Of a stretch of 64,000 bases of DNA, positions 48,475 through 59,101 are shown in pieces (positions within the stretch are counted from its first letter, which is position 1; each line of letters opens with the position of its first letter). Under the pieces are notes generated by a model. The model was not told the origin of the DNA, did not search any database, and worked only from the letters and a program-made list of their open reading frames with translations. The translations under genes and the position numbers were made by a program. The stretch is taken from positions 21,367 to 85,366 of the IMG/VR virus record IMGVR_UViG_3300021964_006878, one strand, 5' to 3'. The DNA comes from a virus.

Positions 48475-49396
48475 CAGTTCCGACTCGTATTCTAACAGAG
48501 TCGTATGGTATTGTCAATGTGCCAGGTTTAGAGAATGTCAGGAAGAACCCACCATTACCAGCACCACACAGTCGGTGTGCTAGAACAGTATCGTTGAGTT
48601 CTAATGCAGAGTCCATCATTTGAATGGTCTCGTTCTCTGCGATAGTTGATGATGTCTGTTTCTTTTGTCTCCAACTCTTGCTCATGAGATTTAAAAAACA
48701 CTTATAACTCTTATTGGAAAGTAGGTAGTATGCTTCATCACATGTTTCCAAAAGAGGTTTGACCTTATCCAGGTTCTCCGTCACATTCTTCAGAATCTTC
48801 TTGGAGTTTCTTGTGACACCTGTAAAGACAAGGTGCGTATCGTAGTGATCAAATAGATCGGTAGATAGGAACTCATAGGTGATACAATCATCTCCCATGA
48901 AATTGATACGCTTGAATCCACCAACACCACATCCGTATGGATCTTGATATCCACAGTATGGGTTATAAGTTCTTTCTAACTTATATGCGAGTTTACATGC
49001 ATCACTGTCGGTAATCGGAATACCCAGGAACATTGTGCATGCTTTGATAAGACTAATTGTATAAGAAGAAGAGGATGCAAGACCACTGCCCTGTGAATAT
49101 GCATCACTGGTCAGAGTTACCTGAACTGGTGGCATATCATAGTGCTGCAATACAGTCCTTACAACCTCGTTCTGAATGTCTCCAATACTAGAGACTTCTT
49201 CTCTTCTAGAATAGTTGATGATATATTTGTGCTGCTCTCTATTGAAACCAAACTTGTCCTGTGTGATAGTCACATAGGTCTTCAGACTGGATGTAAAACT
49301 AATTACAGAACCACGTCCATACTGCTCTACGAAGTATGGGTTATCTGTGGAACCACCGAAGAGTGATACACGAAGAGGACAAGATGCAATAATCAT
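48449..49396 (-). CDS. hddA: GHMP heptose-7-phosphate kinase (HddA-like)
   Basis: PLRVSLFGGSTD, GSGLASSS, GYQD, GAGNGG. Confidence 0.8.
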   Translation of the reverse strand: MIIASCPLRVSLFGGSTDNPYFVEQYGRGSVISFTSSLKTYVTITQDKFGFNREQHKYIINYSRREEVSSIGDIQNEVVRTVLQHYDMPPVQVTLTSDAYSQGSGLASSSSYTISLIKACTMFLGIPITDSDACKLAYKLERTYNPYCGYQDPYGCGVGGFKRINFMGDDCITYEFLSTDLFDHYDTHLVFTGVTRNSKKILKNVTENLDKVKPLLETCDEAYYLLSNKSYKCFLNLMSKSWRQKKQTSSTIAENETIQMMDSALELNDTVLAHRLCGAGNGGFFLTFSKPGTLTIPYDSVRIRVGTDGVYGKSI

Positions 49397-50226
49397 TTCC
49401 AACACCTATACTTGTGTAGATATTTTTGATTTGAATAGTATTCAATTAATTGGTCTTTATCGTACTTTTGGAGTTGTTCCCAAAGACTCCAATTATGTTG
49501 CCAATATGGATGCTGTGACATTGACTGGGGATAAGAATTCATACCCCGTGAATGTTCTAGGTGACAGATATGATTCTCAAGTCTATGCACTCGATAACCC
49601 AATGTCCTAAATCTATATCCTCTCTCATAATCGTCTGGTGCAGAACCCATAAAGTTTTCGTTCTCCATACCCCCCTCAAAGTATACATCACGACTTAAAA
49701 ACTGTACCCATCCCTCACCAGCATTATCAATCCAAGAAGCATTCTGCAATACGGTAAAATCAAAGTCTTCATTCAAGAAGTCAGAGACAACTTGATCTGT
49801 TGCCCTTACTCGATACTGCCATGGACCTTCACCATAAGGATAGACCATATCGCATTCATCTTCCATGATTCTACGATATGCTTCCACATATACTTCTGGT
49901 TCAAATAATACATCACAATCATAGTTAACAACTACCTTTGTAGTAGTCTCAACTAACATCTCATTAAGAATCTTTTCCCTAAGAAATAAGGGGTCATCAG
50001 ACTTCTCAAAAATATGTTTGATACAAGTTGCGTCATCACAGAACTCTTGAATCTGTGGAAGTGCTCGATCGGCAAATACAGATTCGGTATCTACTTCCTT
50101 AACAATAACATTAGTATCAAAGTTAGAAGCAATAAAACACAGTACTGTAATTACATTCCGAAGTCTATCTTCAGACTCAATACGAACTGGAACAATAAAG
50201 GTACAGTCTGTTAGGTCTCTCTTCAT
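49393..50226 (-). CDS. Glycosyltransferase (GT-A; GT2/GT7-like)
   Basis: YDCDV, GGMENENFMG, HLEH. Confidence 0.8.
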   Translation of the reverse strand: MKRDLTDCTFIVPVRIESEDRLRNVITVLCFIASNFDTNVIVKEVDTESVFADRALPQIQEFCDDATCIKHIFEKSDDPLFLREKILNEMLVETTTKVVVNYDCDVLFEPEVYVEAYRRIMEDECDMVYPYGEGPWQYRVRATDQVVSDFLNEDFDFTVLQNASWIDNAGEGWVQFLSRDVYFEGGMENENFMGSAPDDYERGYRFRTLGYRVHRLENHICHLEHSRGMNSYPQSMSQHPYWQHNWSLWEQLQKYDKDQLIEYYSNQKYLHKYRCWK

Positions 50227-51080
50227 AATACAATCCAGTTTTCACAATACAGGTCTTTGGTATTATTGTTTGGGTATGCAGGACCGAACCACATCTTGGG
50301 AGCAACAACCTTACCCCTACCATTCTGCAACCAGGCACCCCACCAACTCATAGAACTATTAGCAATTATAGCACCAGAACACAAAGACATCAAGCACATA
50401 TCAATATAAGGTTCATAAGAACCATCACTATACTTATCCTCTGGAACAGAGATAGCAAAGCGATCATCACTAAAGAAGTCTTGTGTCTGAACCCACTCAG
50501 GAGAATCAGAGCATACGATGACGGGAACATCATCAGGGAATTGTTTCAGTGCCTTTTCATAATAAGAAATTGGTTGTGGTGGATGCTGGTCGGAGCATTC
50601 TGTATATGACCACTTGAATCCACGAGGGTCCATTAAGTTGGGGTCACCCCTGCGAACATGCAGAAAGATGGGAGGTGTATCAAATCCTTCAATTACTTCT
50701 TTACAAGGTCCAAGAATATGATCCTGGAAAGTATATTCACTACGGATATCATCTCTGATATTTTCAAAATACTTTTCAGTCTGAAAAAATCCTTGTAATG
50801 TAATATGATCAGGACAAAGATCAAATAACTCTTTATCAAAATGAAAGTAACGTTCTGCTACTACAGGAGCATATCCGTTATCTAAAAACTTTCTATTACC
50901 TGGTCCAACAGAAGGCATCGTGAATGCATTATGCAGACTATAGTTTTCAATACTCTTTGCATTTGTAGGGGGAATACACCACTCGTATCCTTTATTAGCA
51001 GCAATACCCCTAAGTGTAGCGTACTCAAACATCTGGTTACCTAGTCTTCCTAAGTTTCCAATTTGATTAAATCCAATCAT
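50223..51080 (-). CDS. GT11 alpha-1,2-fucosyltransferase-like
   Basis: GRLGNQMFEYA, HVRRGD, NSSMSWWGAWL. Confidence 0.9.
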   Translation of the reverse strand: MIGFNQIGNLGRLGNQMFEYATLRGIAANKGYEWCIPPTNAKSIENYSLHNAFTMPSVGPGNRKFLDNGYAPVVAERYFHFDKELFDLCPDHITLQGFFQTEKYFENIRDDIRSEYTFQDHILGPCKEVIEGFDTPPIFLHVRRGDPNLMDPRGFKWSYTECSDQHPPQPISYYEKALKQFPDDVPVIVCSDSPEWVQTQDFFSDDRFAISVPEDKYSDGSYEPYIDMCLMSLCSGAIIANSSMSWWGAWLQNGRGKVVAPKMWFGPAYPNNNTKDLYCENWIVL

Positions 51081-51883
51081 TTATTCAACCTCTTTTGTAC
51101 ATAGTCTTGCTGTTTGCAGTAATTTAAAATGGTATCTCCGGTTTGTTCTCGGACCCAATTCCATAACATAAAGTTATCTTTCCATAGAGGATTAGAGAAC
51201 CATGAATCATTAGTTCGTGAATGCTCCAGGTGATAGACATAATCATTCACTCTACCAACTTTATTACCTAAGACATTAAGTCTATAGTAAAACTCTGAAT
51301 CTTCAGGACCCCATGCATGAAAATTTTCATTCATCATAAAAGAATTTATATAGTTTTCTCTACGGACGAATTGACACCAACCAATAGTTGAATTACTTAA
51401 TGTCACATATGGGTGTAGAGAAGTTATGTCCATATCACTTTTAATAAATTCATCAAAAGTTTCACTAGAATATGTGACTGCTCTTTGATATGCACCACAT
51501 CCGTATGGATAAACTGCATCACAATCACCTCTCATGATAGCATTATATGCAGCATGATAACTATTCTCTGGAAGTAATACATCTGTATCGTAATTACATA
51601 CTACTTCTGTATCAGAACGCAGTAGTAGATCATTCAATACCTTTGTTTTATGAAAGTATGGTTCTGTCTGATTATCAAAAGTGTAACCAAATCTATCTGA
51701 AATATTTCCAAACTTTTTATTCAGATGAGGCATAACAAGTTCAGAGAACTTACTCTCTGTATCATGCTCTTGTACTAAAATTTTAGAATTGAACTTTGAC
51801 AAAAGATAAGTAAGAACTGTCTTAAGATTTCTTACTCTATCTTCTGATTCAAGTTTTACGGGAATTAAAAATGTTAAATTCAT
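51077..51883 (-). CDS. Glycosyltransferase (GT-A; GT2/GT7-like)
   Basis: YDTDV, NENFHAWGPED, HLEH. Confidence 0.8.
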   Translation of the reverse strand: MNLTFLIPVKLESEDRVRNLKTVLTYLLSKFNSKILVQEHDTESKFSELVMPHLNKKFGNISDRFGYTFDNQTEPYFHKTKVLNDLLLRSDTEVVCNYDTDVLLPENSYHAAYNAIMRGDCDAVYPYGCGAYQRAVTYSSETFDEFIKSDMDITSLHPYVTLSNSTIGWCQFVRRENYINSFMMNENFHAWGPEDSEFYYRLNVLGNKVGRVNDYVYHLEHSRTNDSWFSNPLWKDNFMLWNWVREQTGDTILNYCKQQDYVQKRLNK

Positions 51884-52767
51884 GAAACTGGTTCAATTGG
51901 TGTTGGGTCATTATACATTTTGATCCATCTATCTGGAATTAAATCTTTAGTATCAAGATGTGAATTTGCTGAACCATACCAAGGAGTAGGTGCTACAACT
52001 TTACCAGCATCACCCTGCAACCAAGCACCCCACCAAGACAGGGAGGAGTTTGCAATAATTGCACCACTACATAAACTCATCAAACACAGGTCAATATAAG
52101 GAACACTAGCACCATCTGCAAACATCTCCAAAGATGAATCTGAAAAGTGAAAGCGGTCTCCTTCCAACCAATCTTGAGTCTTACACCATTCAATCAAATC
52201 AGATACAACGATCACATTAATATCATCAGGAAAAATCTTTAGTGCCTCTGTATAATATTCTGGTTTACACAGAGGGTGAAATTCCTGCAGCATTTGATAA
52301 GACCACTTCTCACCTCTACGACCGGTAATGTTAGGACTGCCACGACGAACATGGAGGAATATACATTTCTCTCTTCCACCGATACTATCAATATACTCCT
52401 TACAGGGGTTAAGATAGTTCTCATTAAAAGTAAGATCTACTCGCAATTCATCTCTAATGTGCTCAAAATATTTTTCTGTCTGGTAAACTCCAGAATAATT
52501 AATATTATCCCTACAGTTATCAAAAAGTTCTTGCCGAAATAAAGTATCTCTACACTCAAGAGTAGGATAATTACCTTCTCCAGTTTGCGTACACCCAGTC
52601 ATTTCAAAACAATCAAACAAACCATAGTTATCAAACCTAGGTTCTTCTGGTCCAGGAATCATCCAATCAAGATTACATTTTGCAGCCATACCACGAATGA
52701 AAGCATACTGAAATAATTGATTACCCAGTCTACCCTCATTACCAAGTCCATCAAAAGATATAGACAT
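51880..52767 (-). CDS. GT11 alpha-1,2-fucosyltransferase-like
   Basis: GRLGNQLFQYA, HVRRG, NSSLSWWGAWL. Confidence 0.9.
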   Translation of the reverse strand: MSISFDGLGNEGRLGNQLFQYAFIRGMAAKCNLDWMIPGPEEPRFDNYGLFDCFEMTGCTQTGEGNYPTLECRDTLFRQELFDNCRDNINYSGVYQTEKYFEHIRDELRVDLTFNENYLNPCKEYIDSIGGREKCIFLHVRRGSPNITGRRGEKWSYQMLQEFHPLCKPEYYTEALKIFPDDINVIVVSDLIEWCKTQDWLEGDRFHFSDSSLEMFADGASVPYIDLCLMSLCSGAIIANSSLSWWGAWLQGDAGKVVAPTPWYGSANSHLDTKDLIPDRWIKMYNDPTPIEPVS

Positions 52768-53627
52768 TACTTACTCCAATCTAAAATTTTCCAATGGTCA
52801 GGAACCATATCTGATGTATCCAAGTGTGAGTTTGCAGGTCCAAACCACTTCACAGGATTTGGTGCAACAACCTTACCCCTACCATTCTGCAACCAAGCAC
52901 CCCACCAAGAGAAAGAACTATTAGCTATTATAGCACCAGAACACATAGACATCAAGCATAGGTCAGTCTGAGGTAACAGAGTGTTCTGCCTCTTACCGGT
53001 GCCGTCAATAGTCTGATATGAATATTTCTCGTTGCTCTCATTGAATAGGAATCTATCTGCCTTGAAGAACTCTTGCTTCTTACACCAGGCAATATCATCA
53101 GTGAATACAAAGCAGGGAGTATCTTCTGGAAATTGTTTCAATGCTTCTTCATAGTAAGTCAATGGTAAGATGGGATGATACTCCTCCCTACCTATAGCAT
53201 CTGTTCTTCTGATATGCAAGAAGATCGGAGGGGTATCAAGACTCTTAATATATTGATTACAAGGAATAGAATATCCTTCGTTAAATTGGAAGTCTTGTAG
53301 AATCTGATCCTTGATATGAGAGAAATACTTTTCCGATTGGAAGTACCCTTCAAGGTTCACACCATCTGGTAGTTCAGTAAAGAACTCTTCAATGAACTGG
53401 TGACCATTCTCCTGAACTGAGTTACCTTCTACAAATCCAATATTACTGGTCTTTACATTCTTAAGTTTGAATGACTCAAATAATCCATAGTTATCTCTGT
53501 GTGGGTAATCCTCTGGTGGAATAGTAAAGTCATATCCATTCTTCGCAGCAATACCTCTCAGTGCTGCATACTGGAACATCTGATTACCCAGACGACCATT
53601 AGAACCTAATCTGTTGTATCCAATCAT
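52767..53627 (-). CDS. GT11 alpha-1,2-fucosyltransferase-like
   Basis: GRLGNQMFQYA, HIRRTD, NSSFSWWGAWL. Confidence 0.9.
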   Translation of the reverse strand: MIGYNRLGSNGRLGNQMFQYAALRGIAAKNGYDFTIPPEDYPHRDNYGLFESFKLKNVKTSNIGFVEGNSVQENGHQFIEEFFTELPDGVNLEGYFQSEKYFSHIKDQILQDFQFNEGYSIPCNQYIKSLDTPPIFLHIRRTDAIGREEYHPILPLTYYEEALKQFPEDTPCFVFTDDIAWCKKQEFFKADRFLFNESNEKYSYQTIDGTGKRQNTLLPQTDLCLMSMCSGAIIANSSFSWWGAWLQNGRGKVVAPNPVKWFGPANSHLDTSDMVPDHWKILDWSK

Positions 53628-54730
53628 AAATCAATCCAAATAACTTTTTCTTCTGGTACGCTCCAATTAATTCTACTATCGCATTGATGTTCTACAACAT
53701 TATCTACAACATAGACCTTGCAACCTAAGTCTAGAAGACCCAGACATAGTTTGTATTGCTGACTCTCGGTAAGAATATCAGTTCCCCTCTTATATGCAAC
53801 ACTATCAAATGCATATGGCAATCCCATTGGATTATTATTTACGTAATAATCTATTAAGAACTTACTGTGCTCTTCGTTAAATGAATCAGTGACTTGTCCC
53901 AGATTATACTCCAGTCCTAGTTTTTTAGCACAAGCAGCAAATGCTCTGTTATCTCTAGGAAGACAAGGACCACCGAATCCAAAACCAAATCCCAAATACT
54001 TGTGTCCTACTCTACTGTCTGAACCAATGGCATCCAATACGTTATCAATCTCATCACCCATACCACTCTTATGCATCACCTGACCAATCATATTGGCGTA
54101 TGTAATTTTAGTGGTGAGGTAACAGTTGACTGCTAACTTAACAAGTTCTGCTGCCTTGCGACTCATCACATAGACATTCGGAGTTTCAATCTGAATATCA
54201 TCGTAGATTTTTTCAATGTCTTGGATGTGCTTACCAGTACCGCCAACCAAAACCATATCAGCATGCTCCAAGTCCCTGACAATAGACCCCTGTGCAATAA
54301 ATTCTGGGTTGTAATATACATCTACACCATATGATCTCAGGTGATTCTGGAAATCATCACAGTCACCTGGATTGGTAGTACAACCAATGACTAGACTCTT
54401 ACATTCTACATCACATTCCTTAAAGTCTTTGATAATTTGACGAATACAACTAATATCATAACTACCATCAGGGAGTGATGGAGTAGCAACGAAAGTGTAA
54501 ATCAAATCACATTCATGAATTACATCTATATTATCAGTAACAAAGGTAATATTCTTAGACTTGGAAAGAAGATTACTAACTTGTGGTTCTGTTGTTTTGA
54601 TTAACCCAGCACGTAAATTAGCAACGTAGTCTTCACGGATATCAGAAGCAATAACTTCATATCCTGCTTTTTCTAATAGTAGAGCAAAACAGATACCAAG
54701 TCTGCCTGCTCCCAGTATACCGATTTTCAT
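53624..54730 (-). CDS. UDP-glucose/GDP-mannose 6-dehydrogenase family
   Basis: GAGRLG, YNPEFIAQG, AELVK, GFGGPCLPRD. Confidence 0.9.
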   Translation of the reverse strand: MKIGILGAGRLGICFALLLEKAGYEVIASDIREDYVANLRAGLIKTTEPQVSNLLSKSKNITFVTDNIDVIHECDLIYTFVATPSLPDGSYDISCIRQIIKDFKECDVECKSLVIGCTTNPGDCDDFQNHLRSYGVDVYYNPEFIAQGSIVRDLEHADMVLVGGTGKHIQDIEKIYDDIQIETPNVYVMSRKAAELVKLAVNCYLTTKITYANMIGQVMHKSGMGDEIDNVLDAIGSDSRVGHKYLGFGFGFGGPCLPRDNRAFAACAKKLGLEYNLGQVTDSFNEEHSKFLIDYYVNNNPMGLPYAFDSVAYKRGTDILTESQQYKLCLGLLDLGCKVYVVDNVVEHQCDSRINWSVPEEKVIWIDL

Positions 54731-55500
54731 TTTAATTTAGCAGTAATTAATAGATGCCACCCAAGTTTTTTCTCAAGGATACCAAACATTTCATCTGGCA
54801 TTTCAGCAAACCATGGTTGCTTCAAATATTCACCTTTTTTATAAGGTTCAATTTGATATGGAAAGATGTGGTCTTGTTCAATAGATAGAACTTCATATCC
54901 ATCAAGTAGATCTACCACCTCTTTCTTAGTATATGTATTCGCAATCGGACAACCATACTGTGCTTCTGGTTGGTCTAAACCAGCATCAATCATATAATTT
55001 TTCCAAGAGTCCTTTGCATAAAGCATAATCTTAAGAACACTATTCTCATTCATATAGTTTTTAATCTCAGAAATAATCTTTTCTGGATGTGGACTATGAT
55101 GAATCACACCAAATGAATAAACTAAATCATAAGTTTCCACAGGAACAAATGATGAAAGTTCTTCTGCGTTACCACAATAGAAGTTACCTGATTGATCAGA
55201 GACATCAAATCTCTTCTGTGCAAGTTTCATACTCTCTTCAGAGAGTTCAACCCCAGTATAATCAGCACCAGAAATTGCAAAGTTGATACCTACTGTTCCA
55301 AGTCCACAACCAATCTCAAGAACTTTCTTATCACTATAATCAGTGAACTGACTGAATGAAATAATATGTGGTTCAACAATAAACTTTTTATATGTTACTT
55401 CTTTAAAGTATTCTTTGGTTCCGATATCTTTTTCAGAGTGTCTTACATTACAAGGACGGTCATTCCAAAATTGTTTTACGTCTTCAATAGTTGCTTTCAT
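54727..55500 (-). CDS. Class I SAM methyltransferase
   Basis: VLEIGCGLG, YDLVYSFGVIHH. Confidence 0.85.
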   Translation of the reverse strand: MKATIEDVKQFWNDRPCNVRHSEKDIGTKEYFKEVTYKKFIVEPHIISFSQFTDYSDKKVLEIGCGLGTVGINFAISGADYTGVELSEESMKLAQKRFDVSDQSGNFYCGNAEELSSFVPVETYDLVYSFGVIHHSPHPEKIISEIKNYMNENSVLKIMLYAKDSWKNYMIDAGLDQPEAQYGCPIANTYTKKEVVDLLDGYEVLSIEQDHIFPYQIEPYKKGEYLKQPWFAEMPDEMFGILEKKLGWHLLITAKLK

Positions 55501-56240
55501 AGTTTGAATGTAGGAATGGGTATCATCTTATGCTTATTCTTTGCATTTAGATCATGCAAAATTCTAACAGCAGGTCCATTACCATTCTCCATTGCATATT
55601 CTAAATCTTCGTATGAAGCACCAATCTGTGCCTCATCGGTTCTCGAATCGTCCCACAATCCATCTGTAGGTGATGCATCAATTATACGTTGACCTACGCC
55701 AAGATGCTTTCCAAGTTCCCATACTTCAGTTTTATAGAGATCAGCAATAGGAGCGATGTCAACACCGCCATCACCATATTTAGTATAGAATCCAATACCA
55801 TAATCTTCTACCTTATTACCAGTTCCAACAACAATACCTCCAATAGATCCAGCAATCTGGTATAGAGTCACCATACGAATACGAGATCTTGTATTTGCAA
55901 GGGCAAGATTATCATCATTATATCCATCCATAGTGGATGCAAATGTATCAAAGGTATTCGTCAAATCAAACTTAAGTTTAGTTACATTGGTATATTTGTA
56001 GGACAACCACTCAAGATGTGCGTCTGACAGATTCTCTTGTTCCTCATTCTGATGGATAGGCATTCCCAACACATAAGTGGGCATACCAGTTTCTGCACAG
56101 AGAGTAGAAACTACAGCAGAATCAATACCGCCAGATACACCAACAACTAGTGAATTGATATTATTCTTATCTGTATATTCTTTAACCCAAGTAATAATAC
56201 TTGACGTTAGTTGACTATAACTTTTAATTCGATTCATCAT
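55497..56240 (-). CDS. nadE: NH3-dependent NAD+ synthetase
   Basis: GVSGGIDSAV, RIRMVTLY, GTGNKVE...GFYTKYGDG, DLYKTEV, PTDGLW. Confidence 0.9.
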   Translation of the reverse strand: MMNRIKSYSQLTSSIITWVKEYTDKNNINSLVVGVSGGIDSAVVSTLCAETGMPTYVLGMPIHQNEEQENLSDAHLEWLSYKYTNVTKLKFDLTNTFDTFASTMDGYNDDNLALANTRSRIRMVTLYQIAGSIGGIVVGTGNKVEDYGIGFYTKYGDGGVDIAPIADLYKTEVWELGKHLGVGQRIIDASPTDGLWDDSRTDEAQIGASYEDLEYAMENGNGPAVRILHDLNAKNKHKMIPIPTFKL

Positions 56241-56890
56241 TCCCCTTTGACAAAAAGTGCATCACCCCAGTTTTCAGCGTGACGATAGATTTCAGTTTCA
56301 ATAAAACCTTTGGATTCCAATAATGATTTTAACTCATTATAGTCAGTATTGTCAATATAATCAGGATTATCCCATGTTGCCTCTGTCGCAATGTACTTAA
56401 CAGTATCTAAGAATTTGATTGCTCCTTGTAATACCATAAGTTCTGCACCTTGCACGTCCATGTTCAGATATTGAAAGTCAGAAGAATTAAAGTCATTCTC
56501 ATCAAGGAGAGTGTCTATCTTAATTGTTTCAACTTGAACTGTTCCCTTTGACCAGGATTCAAATCTACCACTTGTTTTAAGTAAAGAAGAACATCCCTTA
56601 TTTCCACGCATATATGCTGCATCAGGACCATAGTACAGATTAAACTCAACCATCTCATGATCAGTATTACTTGCAGCATACTCATATGCATGAGAAGTAA
56701 CTGCACATTGAGCAGTAGTCAAAAAGGTTTCCATTTCATCAAAGAGTTCAGGAACTGGTTCAACCCAGATTACCTGTTTTACCCCCATAGTCTCATAGTC
56801 ATAAATCTCTTCTCCTCTGTGAGCACCAACATGAAGTACACCAGTTACATCAACTTTATTCTGTTTGAAATAATTAAACTGACTGCTCAT
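56237..56890 (-). CDS. FkbM-family methyltransferase
   Basis: HVGAHRG...MDVQGAEL. Confidence 0.85.
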   Translation of the reverse strand: MSSQFNYFKQNKVDVTGVLHVGAHRGEEIYDYETMGVKQVIWVEPVPELFDEMETFLTTAQCAVTSHAYEYAASNTDHEMVEFNLYYGPDAAYMRGNKGCSSLLKTSGRFESWSKGTVQVETIKIDTLLDENDFNSSDFQYLNMDVQGAELMVLQGAIKFLDTVKYIATEATWDNPDYIDNTDYNELKSLLESKGFIETEIYRHAENWGDALFVKGE

Positions 56891-57687
56891 GAGAAATAAG
56901 TTTGATAAAGATAATCTTCTGCAATAGGAAATTCAATAGCACGTTCAAGATTTTCTTTGACTGCATCCATTTTAGAATAGTATAAGTCTTCGCTTAACAT
57001 AGAAAGGTCAAAATCATCATCCAAGAAGATAATGCCGTCTGCATTAAAGTATTTGGTGACGCCTCGGCAACCATAAAAGATAGGAATGGTTCCACAGGCA
57101 AAACAGTCGGTCAGTTTCTCGGTGAAGTAAGTATCATAAACTGCGTTCTCAATACCAACAGAGAACATGTAATCTCTCAGTCCATCTTCTTTACAATCAA
57201 TCTCATTGAATCCACGACCATAGAAGTCTAGTTTATCTTTAAACTTCTCCACAAATTGTAAGCGTCTCATATGACCTTCACACATCTGCTTGTTAGATGC
57301 AATCATAGAAACCAGTTTGCTCTTCTCGTGAACCTTACGGTCCTGCACCCAAGGTGCTGCATTGGTTACGGCATACTGAATCTTAGGATACTTTTCGCAT
57401 AATTCTTTATCGCAACTAAAAATACCATCAACTCGTGATGCAACAAAGTCATAGTTGTCTATCACCCATTGATAGTATTGTGGAATAATCTGCTTAGATT
57501 CTAACAACCAGATATAATTTGGTTTACCAGAAGTATCATTGATAGCGCCAAGTGCCTGCTGACTCACGTAAATGTTTGCTTCACCAGAACCATCATAGGT
57601 CCACTGAACATATTTTGTTTCATTCAGAGCAGAACTAGATGGTTCAAGATTATCACCACAAAATAAATTAAGTTTATACTTACTCAT
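56887..57687 (-). CDS. GT10-like glycosyltransferase
   Basis: YMFSVGIEN...YFTEKLTDCFACGTIPIFYG. Confidence 0.8.
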   Translation of the reverse strand: MSKYKLNLFCGDNLEPSSSALNETKYVQWTYDGSGEANIYVSQQALGAINDTSGKPNYIWLLESKQIIPQYYQWVIDNYDFVASRVDGIFSCDKELCEKYPKIQYAVTNAAPWVQDRKVHEKSKLVSMIASNKQMCEGHMRRLQFVEKFKDKLDFYGRGFNEIDCKEDGLRDYMFSVGIENAVYDTYFTEKLTDCFACGTIPIFYGCRGVTKYFNADGIIFLDDDFDLSMLSEDLYYSKMDAVKENLERAIEFPIAEDYLYQTYFS

Positions 57688-58528
57688 AATTCTTCTTCAT
57701 CGCATCAAAAACTTTTGCAATCCCTACATCAATACCAGTCTTTGGTATCCACCAACCAGTAATATAAGTATCTGCCTCATTTCTCTTATCCATCTGGACA
57801 CTATCTTTGGCAAGACCTGGTTTGATATTAACTGATTTATCAATTAAATTAAATTGTCCCTGAATAATTTGAGCAACATCTTTAATAGAAGTCGAGTGGA
57901 ATGAGGTGATGTGTAGAGGGTCTTCAACTTTAAAGTCAGTAAAGTTCTCCATAACTGTTTCTAGTGCCTCACAGCAGTCCTCAGCATACAAGAACTGTCG
58001 TTCTTCTGTGCCGTCAGTCATCATCTCAAATTCACCCTCCTCAAATCCTTTACGGATGAAGTCAGTGATGACGTGTGCTTTCTCCATATCATTCTCAATA
58101 CCATACACGTTCCAGAACTTAACAGTCAGTCCTTTAAGTGCAGTGGTATGGAGTTCACCAACACGCTTCATCACACCGTAGGGTGAGTAAGACATGTTAC
58201 TCATCTGTGAAGATGCAAAGACAAATCGCTTGTTATACTTTTCAAGTAAGGCAAAGGTATTTGCCATCATCTTGGTATTATTATTAATAAATTGAAAAGT
58301 ATGCTGATACTTCTTCAGGTAGTGTGAACCACCAACATCAAATGAAAGGAAGAATACAAAGTCTGCATTCTTAATAATACTCTCAACATAGGTATTGGGT
58401 GTGACTCTTAGGTCATTCTGAATACCATTAACGATATCAACACCAATAACATTATGTCCTTTTTCTTTTAGATACTCTTCCAAGTATGCACCGATCTGTC
58501 CAGCAGATCCTAAAATAGCAATGTTCAT
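57680..58528 (-). CDS. NAD-dependent epimerase/reductase
   Basis: GSAGQIG, YGVMK, NVYG, RQFLY. Confidence 0.8.
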   Translation of the reverse strand: MNIAILGSAGQIGAYLEEYLKEKGHNVIGVDIVNGIQNDLRVTPNTYVESIIKNADFVFFLSFDVGGSHYLKKYQHTFQFINNNTKMMANTFALLEKYNKRFVFASSQMSNMSYSPYGVMKRVGELHTTALKGLTVKFWNVYGIENDMEKAHVITDFIRKGFEEGEFEMMTDGTEERQFLYAEDCCEALETVMENFTDFKVEDPLHITSFHSTSIKDVAQIIQGQFNLIDKSVNIKPGLAKDSVQMDKRNEADTYITGWWIPKTGIDVGIAKVFDAMKKNYE

Positions 58529-58530
58529 AA

Positions 58531-59100
58531 TTACTTCCAGCTAAGTTTATGCTTAGAGTCAAAACTTACAGCACCAGTACCACTCATATGTCCGACATCT
58601 GATACATCAAGTTTAGGGAATGTGATCCGGTTCCAAAAGTCTTCAATCTCTGGCCACATTGGACCAATGTCATCAAGGAGTACTAGACCCTTCCATCCTT
58701 TCTCTTCTAAGAATTCAAACATTTCTTCTTCTTGAACACCATCATGAGGATCAACATCAATCATAATAATTGAAATATTATCCCAATCAAGAGTATCATC
58801 GTCTCGGAAATCTTGAATCTTCCAAGTGATATTATCTTTCTTGATGTTGGATGCACCTTGCTCCTGCAAATCATAACTGATAACTTGATTATCCTCGTTA
58901 TATGAAAGTGCTAAGGCAGAACCGCCAGTGCGACTACCTACATCCAGGATAGTTGTCCCTTTAAAGAATGTAGACAAATGTGCATACAATCTATACTCAC
59001 AAGTTCCAGACTCATGCCAATCACACTGATTGAGTGCAAGTTCCTTAAGGTGATCAATATTTAACCCTTTAACTACTTCCTTATCAATTGCAATCTTCAT
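58531..59100 (-). CDS. Putative methyltransferase (Methyltransf_24-like)
   Basis: LDVGSRTGGS...IDVDPH...LDDI. Confidence 0.7.
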   Translation of the reverse strand: MKIAIDKEVVKGLNIDHLKELALNQCDWHESGTCEYRLYAHLSTFFKGTTILDVGSRTGGSALALSYNEDNQVISYDLQEQGASNIKKDNITWKIQDFRDDDTLDWDNISIIMIDVDPHDGVQEEEMFEFLEEKGWKGLVLLDDIGPMWPEIEDFWNRITFPKLDVSDVGHMSGTGAVSFDSKHKLSWK

Positions 59101-59101
59101 A

